64,000 nucleotides of DNA, from assembly GCA_038496445.1 (NCBI GenBank), contig JALMLS010000143.1:434001-498000 (forward strand). The letters are read 5' to 3'. The notes below the pieces were generated by a model. It had not been told where the DNA came from, did not search any database, and worked only from the letters and a program-made list of their open reading frames with translations. Positions 35,601-48,964 of this stretch are shown here, piece by piece. A program made the translations under genes and the position numbers. The stretch's first letter is position 1. Every line of letters begins with the position of its first letter. Origin of the DNA: Trichosphaerium sp. ATCC 40318 (taxonomy: Eukaryota > Protista > Tubulinea).

Positions 35601-37661
35601 TTAAACAGAGTTCTACAACTCGATGCAAACAGAGATATTTCAAAAGCAGATGATTTTTCTTCTCTTGGCGGAGATTCAATGGCAGCTGCTCAAGTAAGAA
35701 AGACGTCTTCACAACTAAACTAACCAATGTACTTTAAATAGCTTGTTAAGATTGTTAAAGATGAAATGGACGTTGATATTTCTGTACAATCTCTTTACGA
35801 AGTTGAAGGGTACTGACAAGCTTTTTCTCTTTTTTTTCTTGTGCTTCACTCAGAATAATTTCATTGATAATAATAATATCTAGACTACGCCAACTTGCAG
35901 ATTACGTTGATGGCGCTTCATTACTACCGAGTGAGCCTGTAGAAGTGAATGGAGACTTACAAATCTTCGACTGGGCTTCTGAGACCTCTCTTGATGATGA
36001 CATCAAACCAAACACGTCTTATAGCGGCCCTAGAGGAAGCGATATATTTCTCACTGGTGCTACAGGGTTTGTTGGGTGTTTTCTTTTGAGGGAATTATTG
36101 GATAAAACAACCTCTAAAATTCTATGTTTGACACGTGTGAACGAGTGTTCAAAAGATCAATCTCTCAATGAGAAACATGCGAAAGAAAGGATTGAATCTA
36201 CTGCAAAAAAGTTTGGGATATCTCTAGAAGGATACAACGAAAGAATTATACCTGTACACATCATGCACATAACGTTGACTAAATGTTTTGTTCAAGATTG
36301 TTGGAGATTTGTCACAACTGAGGTTTGGACAAAGTGAAAAAGATTTTTCTACGTTGGCTTCACGCATAAATACCATATATCATTGTGGTGCTCTGGTGAA
36401 TTTTATAAAGCCTTACTCAGCACATAAACCCGCAAATGGTACCACTCAATACATCTTTCTCAAAACATACTTAATCTTTTCGTATCATAGTGACAGGGAC
36501 ACGTGAGGTTATTAAACTTGCTTCTATTGGATATCCAAAACCTATACACCATATATCTACTGTATCAGTATTCCCACCTGGATTTCCCGTATGTTAAAAG
36601 AGTTTAATACCCATGCTAACCTAAGGTTACAGATAAAACGAGAGGAGGAAATTACTGATGAAACTCATAAAATGAGTGGATACGGGTACCTTTTTTCATA
36701 GAATGTTTGCGTTTGATATGTGCTAACAAGTAGTAAGGTTAAGCAAGCTTGTTTCTGAAAAATTGTTGTTAAAGGCAAAAGAAAGAGGACATCCAGTAGT
36801 CGTGTATAGACTTGGCACAATAACAGGTGAGATTGACTGATTTTTGATTAACGAAAAAAACGTAATTGTTTGTTGTTTTTCCACCTACTCAGAGTCTCCA
36901 TACTTAGTTTCTTTGTAATTTTTGCCTATTCGGTCCTATTCTTTTCATTTCCTTCTTCATCCTCTGATTGTTTCTTTGCGCTTATAAAAACCTGCACAGT
37001 TTTTTGCATTCATTTTGTTGTTAACTTTTTACTTCTACAGGCCACTCTGTCACTGGCAACTGCAATGAAACAGACTATATCAATAGACTAATTATTGGTA
37101 TAATCAATGCAAAGTGTATACTGCCATATGATAAAGCAGCATATAAAGTCGTACCTGTCGATACATGTGTACAAAAGATAGTTCAAATAAGGCACAAGAA
37201 AAACTGTCTTTTCTGTTGCTCTTTGCTAACTATGTTGATAGTTTGATGCCTGCATTGAAACACTACATATTCCATATAGATCATGAAGGTGAAACAAAGT
37301 TATCTCTTGTCATAGATCACGCAAGGAAAAGTGGATATAGCATTGATAATGTCGGTATAGAAGATTTTCGAGACAAAATAAAGAACAAATCAAACCCGCT
37401 CTGCGTGTTACAGCATGTTTTCAAAGATGGACACAAATGGCCTAGACTAGTTAAAACAGTGTAAGTAGCCTTACCAAACCCTCATTTATTTAATGCTAGC
37501 CCTTTAAAACTTACAAACAATGTAGATGTGACAACACCAATGAAGCATTGAAAGAATCTGGATTAGAGTTTCCTAAACTTGATGTTAAGCTGATTGATGT
37601 CTACTTGAATTATTTTGAGTCCAGAAATCTTATACACAAGGATTCTAAATTATATGACTGA
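32693..37661 (+). CDS. NRPS-like carboxylic acid reductase (adenylation - carrier - thioester reductase) with N-terminal ZZ-type zinc finger
   Basis: ZZ-like CACC...RYGC..C..FCVQC..H..H; A domain TTSGSTGVPK, EGYGMTEIG, YFHTGDIG, KLSQGEF; carrier SLGGDSM; reductase IFLTGATGFVG, IYHCGA, GYGLSK. Confidence 0.88.
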
Positions 37662-38575
37662 ATATGTGGTACATTTCAGGCGTTTGAACAATATGAACCA
37701 GATCCAACGACAGTACTAGTATACGACAACAACAACCCGTCAGATAGCAAGCAGAAATCACCTCCCAACCCTCAAAATTTTTTTTCTCTACCTTTTGTAA
37801 AAATTTCCTTTTTCTAAAAACTTTATTTTTGCATGACGCGATCGTGACTGTAATGTAAATAAATCACACACACTCACTCTGCGCCTGAGCTATCTGTCAG
37901 TAAATATATGTTCCTACCTCCCAAAATAACGTCGTAGTTGCAAGTGAGGATCTGGAATAAGTGGTCTAAAATTGAGTTTTGCACAGTAACCAACCAAGAA
38001 CATTCTTCGAAAATATGGGCATTAACTTGAAAGCGTTGTCTTGCAAAACCATGTACTATGTTAAATACCTTTCTGTTAACAAGGTTTAATATCTTATTAG
38101 TGTACCTTGTTTTATTTTGGTAAGTACCAAATGTTAGAACCCTGAGAGCATTGATAGCATGCTGGGTAGAAACCAAAGAACGATTTTCTTTGGAAGAAAA
38201 AATTTATTTACTCACTTAAATAATGCCAGCCAGTTTACGTATATCGGCCTAAGGAAATATGCATATCCTCATAAATCTCTATCAAAGGGTTTTCTAAAAA
38301 CATGTCATGATAGTTAACAAAAATTGTGAGCATACGATCAAATGGAACTCGATGTATTGAGCCTACCGAAATCCTTGTTATTATACTCTCTGAATTCAAT
38401 GGAAACTTTTGTACAGATACACTACAATTGCTACAGTCACCTGCATCGAATGGTTAACGTAAAACGTCATACTACATTTACAAACGACATTCTAAAATCA
38501 CAAGAACAATCAAGACAATTACCATAGCTAGTAAAAAAAATTCATGCATACATTTAATCTTTTGGTTGCTTGCGT

Positions 38576-40503
38576 TCATACAAAAAAGTTGTTCTCAGCA
38601 TGTGTTCTGTCTGTCTGAATAGGATGTCCACTTTCTTTTTCAAGTGCTTTTATGCATTCTTCCGTAATTGAAGTGCGTTCAAAGTATATTGTATGAATTG
38701 TGTTCAGTTCTTTTACACCTTCATCTGTCAAATGCTTGCACGATCTCACACTAAGTGTATGGACTCCTTTCAGAGCTCTTATTCCTTCATCCGTAACAAA
38801 AGTGTAATCTAGGTGTAGGCTATGAACTCCTTTCAGTGTTTTGATCCCATCATCCGTCACATTTAAACACAGTGTAATGCTAAGCGAATGAATTCCTTTC
38901 AGAGCTCTTATTCCGTCATCTGTAACTGAAGTGTTAGTGAGATCAAGGGTATGAACTCCTTTTAAGGCTTTAATGCCTTCATCTGTCACATTCGGACAAT
39001 CTGTAAGGTCAACCGCACGAGCACCTTGCAGTGCTTTCAATCCTTCGTTTGCTACTGCCGTGTTACTGAGATTTATCGTATGAACTCCTGACAACGCTTT
39101 AACACTTTTATCTGTTGCTAAAGTGCCAGCAAGGTCAATGGTATGAACTCCTTTCAACGCCTTTATCCCTTCATCTGTTATTCCAACACATTCTCTGAGG
39201 TATATGGTGTGAACTCCTGCTAGCGCTTTGATTCCTTCATCTGTAACTGAAGTGTAGTCAAGGGAAATGGTATGGACTCCTTTCAAGTCTTTGATGCCTT
39301 CATCCACCACATGCATACAATTTGTAAGGTTAACATCGTAAGCACCTCGAAGTGCTTTGAGACCTTCATTTGCCACAGCTGTGTGGCTGAGATTAATTGT
39401 GTGAACTCCTGACAACGCCTTAACACCCTCATCTGTTGCTAAAGTACCCTCAAGGCTAATAGTATGACAACCTGCTAGTGCTTTTATCCCTTCATTTGTA
39501 AATTCTTCTGAATAGTCAAGGCCAATGGTATGAACTCCCGCCAGCGCTTTGAGTCCTTCATCTGTAACTACTGTGTAGTCAAGGCGAATGGTGTGTACTC
39601 CTGACAACGCTTTGACTCCCTTGCTTGTAACATTTGTCCCATCCAGGTGAATGGTGTGAACGCCTTGTAGTGAACTTACACCTTCATCTGTTATACTCAT
39701 ACAATTGTTAAGGTCAATCGTGTGAACTCCTGATAGTGCTTTGATTCCCTCATCTCTAACCATTGTATTACCAAGACAAATTGTGCGAACACCAGCAAGT
39801 TCTTTTAGATTAGAACTATTAATAGAACCATCATTTGGATGTGGAGGTTTGTGTTCCATGTAGCTTATAGTAATTTTAGTATTGTTCATGACTCCTCTAT
39901 ACTGTTTTATCTTTAACATATCTTGAACACAAGCTATTTTAACCTCATAATATCCAACTACATCGTGAATGACATCAGCCATCAAGTGACATGATTGAGC
40001 AACAGAAAACTTATCAAGATTTTCTGTATGGCATAGAATACGTGCAATAACCTCGACTGGAAGATCCAGAATAGTACATTCTTTGACACCTGAGACTTCT
40101 CTTTTTCTATTTTAGCGAGTTAAAACGATTGAACTTTAACACAAAGGGGTCGCACTTTCACGAAATCACGATTTACGAACAAGCTGTGTTTTTTTTCAAA
40201 TGTTGTACAAAAGGCGGTAAAAGAACTGATTTCTTAGAATGACTGAACAAACACTTACCTGGACAAAATCTCGTGTGTTTTTGAAAGGGTATCAGAGTGC
40301 TTTGCGTTTACGACAGGATCCACGTGATTTAGTATTAATTCATCAAGTTGCTTTGCCAGAGACGCATTTGAGATGTTTAAGATACTCTCAAGCTGTTTTA
40401 TAAACGTTTTTTGTTTAGTCAGTGCCATTTTATTGAACGCTTCTGAGTGCTTGTTTTGATAGTATAGTAGTGCTTGTTGAACTGATGTACCAAATGAAGT
40501 CAT
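38576..40503 (-). CDS. F-box plus about 18 leucine-rich repeats (VHTIxLxxTxVTDEGIKALxG type)
   Basis: Exon 1 (within ORF 40255-40539) splices at AG|gtaagt to RKREVSGVKECTILDLPVEVIARIL (F-box), in frame with the 469-aa LRR ORF. Confidence 0.85.
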
Positions 40504-41009
40504 TTGTTTAGACGTTGTAGTGCAAGCGCTTTGTCCCAATGTCTTTAAGTAACGTCATAGAAATAATCGTTTCTTCCACGAAAAATAGTTTGTTTGACTG
40601 AATAGTCGAGTGAAGGAGTAGCTGCGTTTATCGCCCGGAAAACGTTAGCTATTTCGGGTCAAATCCATGCTTTGAAATAATCTCAACTTGAATATGTTTC
40701 CAAAAGGATTCTCGGGTAATGACAAAACTAGTTTAGAAGTAATCTTTTTCCTATTACGGAAGTATATTGGAACTATTATCTTGAATTTATCCGAGTTCGC
40801 TCTTACTTACTTATTTGATGGCTTCGTTCTTTACGCTTTATCTTTCATTCCCATATGTGCGCTCCATGTTATAAAACAGAAAAGCAAGGAGGGCTGCTAG
40901 TTGTTTGAGGAAAAGGTGTTTATTATGTGTACAAAAAAATTGTGGTACGGATATCTTGTTTTAAAGAAGAGCGCGATTACACGCCCAGTGGTACATCGTA
41001 AATAATTTT

Positions 41010-43372
41010 TTATCCAATTACCCATGTATAAATAGCATACCACATTGTGAAGTTTAAAAAATACACTAATCCTATTGCTAGAAAGCTCAAAATCCTGAAA
41101 TAAAGTGGTGTGTGATATAAATTATGATTTTTAGGCAATGTGGTGTTGGCTGTTAACATGGCCTTGTATGAACGCTCCAAAAGTGTATGTGGTGTATCAT
41201 CTTCACTGACTAAACATTGCGTAAGTAACAAGCATCAAGAATGAGAAAGTTAGAGTGAGATGAATCCAAAGTACTTTTAGTAAAAGTATCAATTTCTTTT
41301 ATGAAATATTAATTCATCAGGCGAGACAATGACTTTTGAGTAAAGCACTTACCTGTGATTGGTTTTAAAACACGTAGAATTACATGTCCTGGTTTCCATA
41401 ACTTATGTCTTGGTGGCCATAAGTCGTACGCTCCAAATAAAAGCTTAAACAATTATTAGGAAATGTAAAATAAGCGAAAAGAGATGCTAGCTTGTGTAAA
41501 ATGGAACGTACAATTGGAACTAATGGAGATTTTGTTTCTTCTGCAAGATAAAATGCTCCTTTTTTAAATGAAAGTAATTGGCCACTCTAAAGTAACGTAC
41601 TTTGTCAGCTCGATAAAGAACAAAGATGTCAAAAAAAAAGAAGAAAATACAAAGATAAAACTTGTAGTGTCATTGACATACCTTTGATCTAGTACCTTCT
41701 GGTGAAATAGCAACTGATCGATCCCACTTTAACATTGCTTTTGAAGCTTTTTTGAGAGTATTTACAGCTTTTGTCCTAAAGCTCGTCACACACAAGTTAA
41801 AATTGACGCCTTTCATTCATTGGCGGAGTCAAATAAAACTATCTCGCTAGTATGGTCCGTTTCAGTCAAGTGTCAATCTTTCACCCGTTATTTCGCCAGT
41901 TATTTTCCGCTCTCAAAGCTCTTTATTTGTATTGTAGTTTGCTCCTTTTCGTGGGAAAAAATAAATGACGAAATAACGGGTGAAAGAATTGACTTGCTTG
42001 ACTGAAACGGACAATAAAAGACTTTTAGTGTACCTATTTGTTCTCTCAATACTAAAATTACCAAGTAAATATCCTGCCCAACCAATATAAGGTACATAAA
42101 ACACTAAAAAGTAATAAGCTACAACATTAACATTCCAACTGAAAAAAGAAAAAAAAACGTGCAACGTGGATAAAAAGAAAAAAAAGAAAAACCAATTCAC
42201 TTCACCCTTTAACACGTGCTGTAGAAATTTTTTATCCTCGAAAAGGGATTGGTACAACTATTATTCTTTGCGTAGAAAATACTTTAAAATTAATAAAAGA
42301 GCTTACAGAAGCAGAAAACAAAGTAACAAAAAAATTTTAATTTAATGTCAAATTGTCTCGTCAACTCACAAGACGTCAATGGTCTTAAATCTCACGTACT
42401 TGATTTTTTTCCTACCCATTTAAAGTAGATAGGGCTCTCTGACATTACAGAAAAGAAATCAAGGAAGCTAGAGTGTTGAAATAATCCTATTGTAGAGCTA
42501 CCTTTCTTCACCATATCTTTTATATGTTCTGTACCTTCAGTCTTAGTGATAAACAAAGTCAGTATGGTTTTTTTTGTAGATTCGTATAAAACGAACTTTG
42601 CGTCTAATGATTAAAAATCGCCGAAAAACCCTTGCTCGTTATTGCTACGCATAGGCGTACGCGTTGAGGTTATGTTTTCGGCATAAAAAGAGTTTTGTGA
42701 AGAAACAGTAATTTAAACGGGAATGGTATTTCTTTCCATACCGTAATGTAAACGCCTGATACTAGGCACAGCGCTTTCGCCCATAATCTAGTCAGTAGAT
42801 CAACGGGAAGCGAATTATTCTGAATACCGAAGAGTTTACGCAGAATAGGGTGTAAAATGCGTATAGGCACCGCACACACGATCAAAATGAATCCCCAGGG
42901 TAATGGACCAATAAGCAACGCCTAGCAAAGTGTAACTTTAGTGTCGGCTCTAAACGGTCTTGAATCATACTATTGCCCGAAGAACTGCCACGATCCAGTG
43001 TAACCATTGATTCTTTTCGAAGCTGTCGAAACTACTGAGATACAAAGCTTTTTTCAACGTATTATATTCTTTCTGTAATATACATTGAATACAAGCGTAG
43101 AAATGGAGTAAAAGAAACGAAGAAATTTCCTCTTAACATTTTTTTTGATCAAAAAAAAGTTTTTCGCGAACCTCTATTTCCTCTGCTTCTTTTGAGTCTT
43201 TTGGTACTGTTTGACGCATTGTCCACATGAAAGAAGATAGCTGAAGCCATAACCGGCGTTTTATCTCTGAATCTTCATAGCGGTACGATTTTGGTTCTAG
43301 AGCTTGTGTTTTCTCGAATGTCTTTATTTTTTGGCGTAGTGCCTGCCACTCCTGCAGTAGCTCTTCGTTCAT
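41010..43372 (-). CDS. 1-acylglycerol-3-phosphate acyltransferase (LPAAT/PlsC family)
   Basis: FQHSSFLD (HxxxxD), WVGKKS-LFYVPYIGW, IERTNR, ISPEGTRS, FKKGAF, GAYDLWP; N-terminal helical extension and TMs. Confidence 0.88.
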
Positions 43373-44702
43373 GGCCTTCTTCTTACGTGTCAGAACCTAT
43401 GATTTACTTGTGAAGACTTGTTCTCAAAGTCTCCAATCCATCTCTTTCTGTAAAACAGCGCTACTACGCGCAGCTATGAGTACGCATAAAAGTTGGTTTC
43501 TTTTCCCAAGTCTACCTTTGTATTCAGCATTTTTTGTATTCTTTGAAAGGCAGCAATTTAAATCAAGTTGAAGTCAAACATGTGCAACGACCTACTTGTA
43601 AATACAATATCGCTAACTTGCATCTCAATATTATTTGACACTTGAAACGTCGTAAAAGTGATGTAAAGATAATGTCTAATTTCGGTCTCTGCCTTGTCAT
43701 TGGTTGTTTGCGAAACAGCGCTGAGTATTTTGACAACATAATTTGTAGTAAGTTGGACGTGTAGTAAAAAATACTTTCTATTCACGTTTGGTAACATACT
43801 CTTTGTTACCAATCGTCCTTTAAGATCATGCAAGGTCTCGGTAATTTTTTAGTAAACTTGAGCTAAGATGCCAAACAAAATTGGATAATGTCGATACTTG
43901 TCATCTTCTCTTTATGTGTGGAGTCACGACGGCGTACCCAACGCGGGCCAATCTACAAGTGCTGCTGCAGCAGGGATCAATATGGTGCACTATGTATTTG
44001 GACCACGCTTCCATGCAGGAGACCTCGCTGGGTAGCAAATGCCCTCAAAACACAATACGATTGTTATATGTTAGATTAAAGGAATGTGATGTACAGAAAA
44101 AGATACCCAAACAGGTGGTTAAATTACTCAACCAAATAAATCATTGACTTGTACTGTACAACTTTTACATACCTATTGCACCGAACGTACCAAACACTAC
44201 TATACTAACGCTGTATCTTTGTTATAGTATGTTAAACTCTTCTAGACCAATTAAGGAAGTGGGGCGGCATCGCTTTTTGAGATAGTTTCGAAAAGTACAT
44301 TTTTTATTTTGTATTTTACGCGTTTCAGAATCTTTGAAACGTTTTTACTCACCTCAGAACTATCTTACACTTCAATTGCTATTTTACCCATGTTATAATT
44401 ATGCTATACTTATGGTTGCATAACCATTTTGCGATTCATTTATGCTGTGCCGAGGAAAAGTACCAAAGCAATTTTTTTCAAAAAAAACATAATTTCATTA
44501 CTTTCTGAAACTCAAAAGCGATGCTGCCCAGTCGCTGATGTTAAAGTCAATGTGTAACATTACAAAAAGTGTCAAAATAATTGTCGTACTAAGACCTATA
44601 CCGAGTCAAAAGGCGCTATAGAGAGTCATGAACAATACCAAAATAGATATGCTAAGCATAACAAACATTTTAATGGTACTTTCTTATTTTACAAACGTCA
44701 TT

Positions 44703-45957
44703 TTATAGCACTGTTGTCGGATTCCAACTTACACGCATATCCACATGCTTGGTTTCTAGTACATGCATATCATCATCATCCAGAGTAAAGTTAAAAATAT
44801 CCGCATTGGCTTCAACACGAGCAGGTTTTGTAGATTTTGGAATGGTGATTGTTCCAGTTTGCCAACTCCATCGAATAAGAACTTGTGCTGGTGTCTTTTT
44901 ATGTTTCTTTGCTATACCAGCGATGCATCTATCACTCAGAGCACGTCCTTTGCACATTGGTGACCAGCCCTCAACCAGAATTCCATTTTGTTTGCAATAC
45001 TGTTTAAGCTCGTTTGGATTCTGGTAAAAAAGTTATTTTGTTAGGTTTTGGTTGTTTATTGTTACCTGCAATGGATTGTATTCGACTTGATTTATCATTG
45101 GTAATATGCTAGCATGCTCTGAAAGATGTTTTAAGTGTTTTATTAGGAAGTTCGAGACACCAATGGATCTGCATTTCCCTATCAACAAAATAAGGCTTTA
45201 TTCTTGTAGTAAAGTAATCGTTGATCAAGTCTTTTATACCAGCTTTAAGTAAGTCCTCTAACGCTCTCCAGGTCTCAATACGATATTTTATATTCATCTC
45301 AGCAGTTCCTGGAGGACTAAAGAACCCAGGCCAATGAACCTAAGGCATTGAAAGAGTAATTAAAAAGTGAAAACAAATAAACAAACAGAAAAACTGCTGT
45401 GCAACTAACACTACTTATAAAAACACGTACAAGGTAACAATCAATGTATCCGCAATCCAACTTCTGAAGAGACGTATTAAACGCCTTTATCGTATCTGGA
45501 AATTAGTTTTTTAAGCACGTGATACGACCACCATAGAGCTGTCACTAACCTTCGTAAATAGACCCAATATGGACATCACCTGGCCACAACTTTGTTGTGA
45601 TGAAGTACTCCTCCCTGGGAACGTTGGACGCTTTAAGAATTTTACCTACTAGTCGACAGTGTAAGTGTTGTTGATTTGTAAAAAAAACTTCAATCAACAG
45701 AAAATTGTGAAAACTACAACGTCCAAATGACGTGTTTAACATTGCTACATACACTCTTTTTCGTTACCATAGCGTGCAGCTGTATCAAACAGTCTGTATC
45801 CAGCGTTAAGAGCCGTGATGATTGCTTCTGATGAAAACCCTTCAAGTTGTCAGTACTGGTAATGTTAGAACCACGTACCGCCACGGTGGCTCAAACCTAA
45901 CCCAAATTTTGGTATCTGTACACCATTTCGCATTTTACAGACAGTACGAATTGACAT
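44703..45957 (-). CDS. Aldo-keto reductase
   Basis: IPKFGLG, GYRLFDTAARYGNE, FITTKLW, YIDCYLVHWP, SIGVSNF, NQVEYNP, TPAQVLIRW, IPKS; D-Y-K-H tetrad present. Confidence 0.93.
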
Positions 45958-46056
45958 GACACTCAAGAGCTGCTAGACGTACAGCACAACAATATATACA
46001 GGCCTGACTTAAGAATAAATCCGTTTAGACTGTTTGCGCTCATTTACAACATTCCA

Positions 46057-47516
46057 ATGAGCGCAAAACGTAAACCTCCTGATCCCACGTTTGTACTGCG
46101 AGGGCAGGTACAACACTAAACGGACCAATTGCCTAATTAGCATTATAGAATACCAGTATTCGCAGTGCGTGCTTTGGAGATACTAGCGATAGATTGTGGA
46201 CGGCAAATGAAGCTGGTGATCTTCTATTGTATTCTATGACAACGAGACGGTACTTTTCATAATCTCCTACGCGTACAATACTCAAATAATCGTTAGACCG
46301 GCACATACAATAAAATCAGCTCACAGCACTGCCATTATTTCTCTACAATATGTTAATGAACCTCAAATAGTAGTATCGTACGTAGCCAACGCACACAAAA
46401 ATATTTCAGACTAAAACAGCGAAGACGAGGTAGAATGGGAATAGTTAAGGCTTGGGATGCGTCAACGTATCAAGAAAAATATCGTGTACTCTGCAACACA
46501 GCTAGTTTTTGCAATGCTCACGCTTGTACGTGTCAGAGGTCAAAACTGTTTCAAAATAATAAATACATTTTTTTAAAACTAAAACATGTTTTTTTGCAGG
46601 TACTTCAAACGGTAACACCTTTGTGGCAGTACCAAGTGAAGAGAAAGGAGAAGTACTCATATTCAATTCAAAAACAGAGAAACAAATTGCTAAAGTGTCA
46701 CCTGGACCATCAGTCGGTTAGATTTTTTATTTAGATTCAATGAAATAAGTTTAATTTTTTTTAACAGGAATGCTCATGCATTTGAAACTCTATGAGGTTG
46801 GAGATAAATTAATAGTAGTCACAGCACATGAAAATGGTGGTATATACTTTTGGGATGCGATGAGTAGTAGTGACAATGCGATAACAAGCATAAAAGACCA
46901 TAAAGAACCAGGTCAGTTATAAAAACAGAAGTTTTTAACTTACGTCACCACTATCGCTAAAATTCTCTCAGCTTTATGTTTTAATATGAACAAATCATTG
47001 ACAAGAGGTATATCAGGTGGAGCCGATAATATATTATCATTCTTTAACGTTGATTTGGCATCAGTACGTTTAAAGCGTTGGTTGCAACAGAAGAAAAAAA
47101 TTCTGTCTGTACAACTCAACTCTAACTAGGGAACAAGTAAGAGTAATACACAGATGTTAAGTAGTAATGGAGTAAATGATGCTAGTATAAGACCAGACGA
47201 GAAGATTTGTGTCACAGCTGGGTGGGATAACAGGTGAGGAGAGAAAATTTGGTTTCTTAACGTGGTTTGTTTGTACTGACAAAAAAATTTGTAGAGTTCG
47301 CGTTTTTGGCTGGAAGAAAAGAAAACCTCTTGCCATTTTGAAGTACGTACTGAACCCACACTGTCTATCTGGCTTTTCCTGTTGCTTTCCTAATTCTCAC
47401 TTCTTTACAAAAGGGGCCACTCTAAAAGTGTCTATGCTGTTGCATTTGCTCCAGAAGGAAATAGATTCGCATCAGTTTCTGAGGATGGAAATGTAGCTGT
47501 ATGGAACATATACTGA
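46057..47516 (+). CDS. GNB1L: WD40 protein, GNB1L/Asa1-like (PIKK co-chaperone family)
   Basis: N-terminal [41 protein letters not shown]; ends SEDGNVAVWNIY. Confidence 0.8.
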
Positions 47517-48964
47517 ATGAAACGCAGGTCCACACCGCACAGCAACCCACTAAGAAATTTGAAAAAAATGACAACACCGGCAGGTGTACGCCAAACAAAG
47601 CAAGGCAACGCTGATGCGTTTAGCACAGCACATATTATTGTACTTCTAATACGTTGTCATAATAAAACAAGCGAAAACAACTAAAACCTCAGTTTAAACC
47701 CTCATTCTTCCCTACAAGCGTAACAATACCGTGAAAGTCCAACGAGAATTGTTAATAGAGGCCACAATTCGCAATTTGTTTGCATTACAGTTGTAATTAT
47801 AGGTTTCAGATAATTCTAAAAATTGCAAACCAAAAAAGCCAAACTCTTCTGAATTTAGGAGCAGCTAAAGACATACAACTTTGTTTAGGTCATTTGTACA
47901 CGTAATTCACCTCGTTCGGCTTAATAGTAACTCGTAAAACTTTGCAAAAGATATTTTATCCACAAACTTTTTACTTTGGCTGCTGGTACGCTTGGCGTAG
48001 CGTATCATGCAGTATTTCGAGGCTACAAACGCCTCAGAGGAAATCGCTATGAACGCATTATATTTCAGTTTGTACCGGACAACCTACTTCAAATGGGCTA
48101 CTATCGCTGTAGAGCAAACGTACGCAATACTACAAAGCAGATTTTGACTCCTTTTAGGTCTTTTTCCGCGGACTACGTTAGTTCCCACTTTTATTTCTCT
48201 AAAAATATTTCGTTTCGCTCTGCGATACGCACACCCGCAAAAGAATGGTACGTCACGCATTTTTGATGAACAACAAACGAGTTCTTTTCAAAACTACCCT
48301 TAACGCAAACCTTTCTAACTTCCGAATGTTTAGTGTTGTCGCGAAAGTACTCTTGGAGCGAAAGAGAGCCTCAGAAAAGCCTAAAAGTAACGGAATTCTT
48401 TGGTTTTTTGCAAACCGAACACAGGCCGGTTTTTCTAGCGTACTAAGCCTGAGAGTCTACACTATAATGCAAGTGCATCACAACAAGCGCGAACAAGCCG
48501 CTATGTGTCACATATCATGTGTCGTTTTTTTGTGTTAGTTTGTCACGTGAGCAGTTTATTTTTGTTTTGTTCAAACAAAAACTGAGAAAGCGGTTTCGGT
48601 TTTGTGAGAGATCATTCCGCACTTTGTTTGTATTTTTAAGTTCTTACACACCACAAGTGTATTCCCTCGAGCACGTGTGTGGTAGGCTTCGAAAAAGCGT
48701 GGAGGCATGAAAATCTATTTTTGGTTTTTCAGTGAAGGGTATTATTTATATGTTGAATATTTATTTATAGCTAATACTCGCACACACAAAGCGCTGCCTG
48801 TTAATAACTTTCCTCATTCTGGTACACTTGCCATTTCATACCTAGTTATAACCGTTGGTGTAAAATCGAAGCGGTTGAGTGCTTATTTCAATACCGTTCG
48901 GCTTTTGTATTTGCACACCTTTGTTTACGCCCCGTAGTGTACCCACAACGCGTCAAATACCAAC

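Noticed and set aside
10056-40503. Endogenous giant-virus insertion spanning the virus-like repeat genes
   Set aside because: No capsid, polymerase or packaging ATPase genes. The repeat genes are isolated between ordinary intron-rich host genes, and the RNR genes are intron-containing host type.
48761-48770. MEF2 site TTATTTATAG upstream of the MADS gene (autoregulation)
   Set aside because: An almost all-A/T motif expected by chance in this composition.
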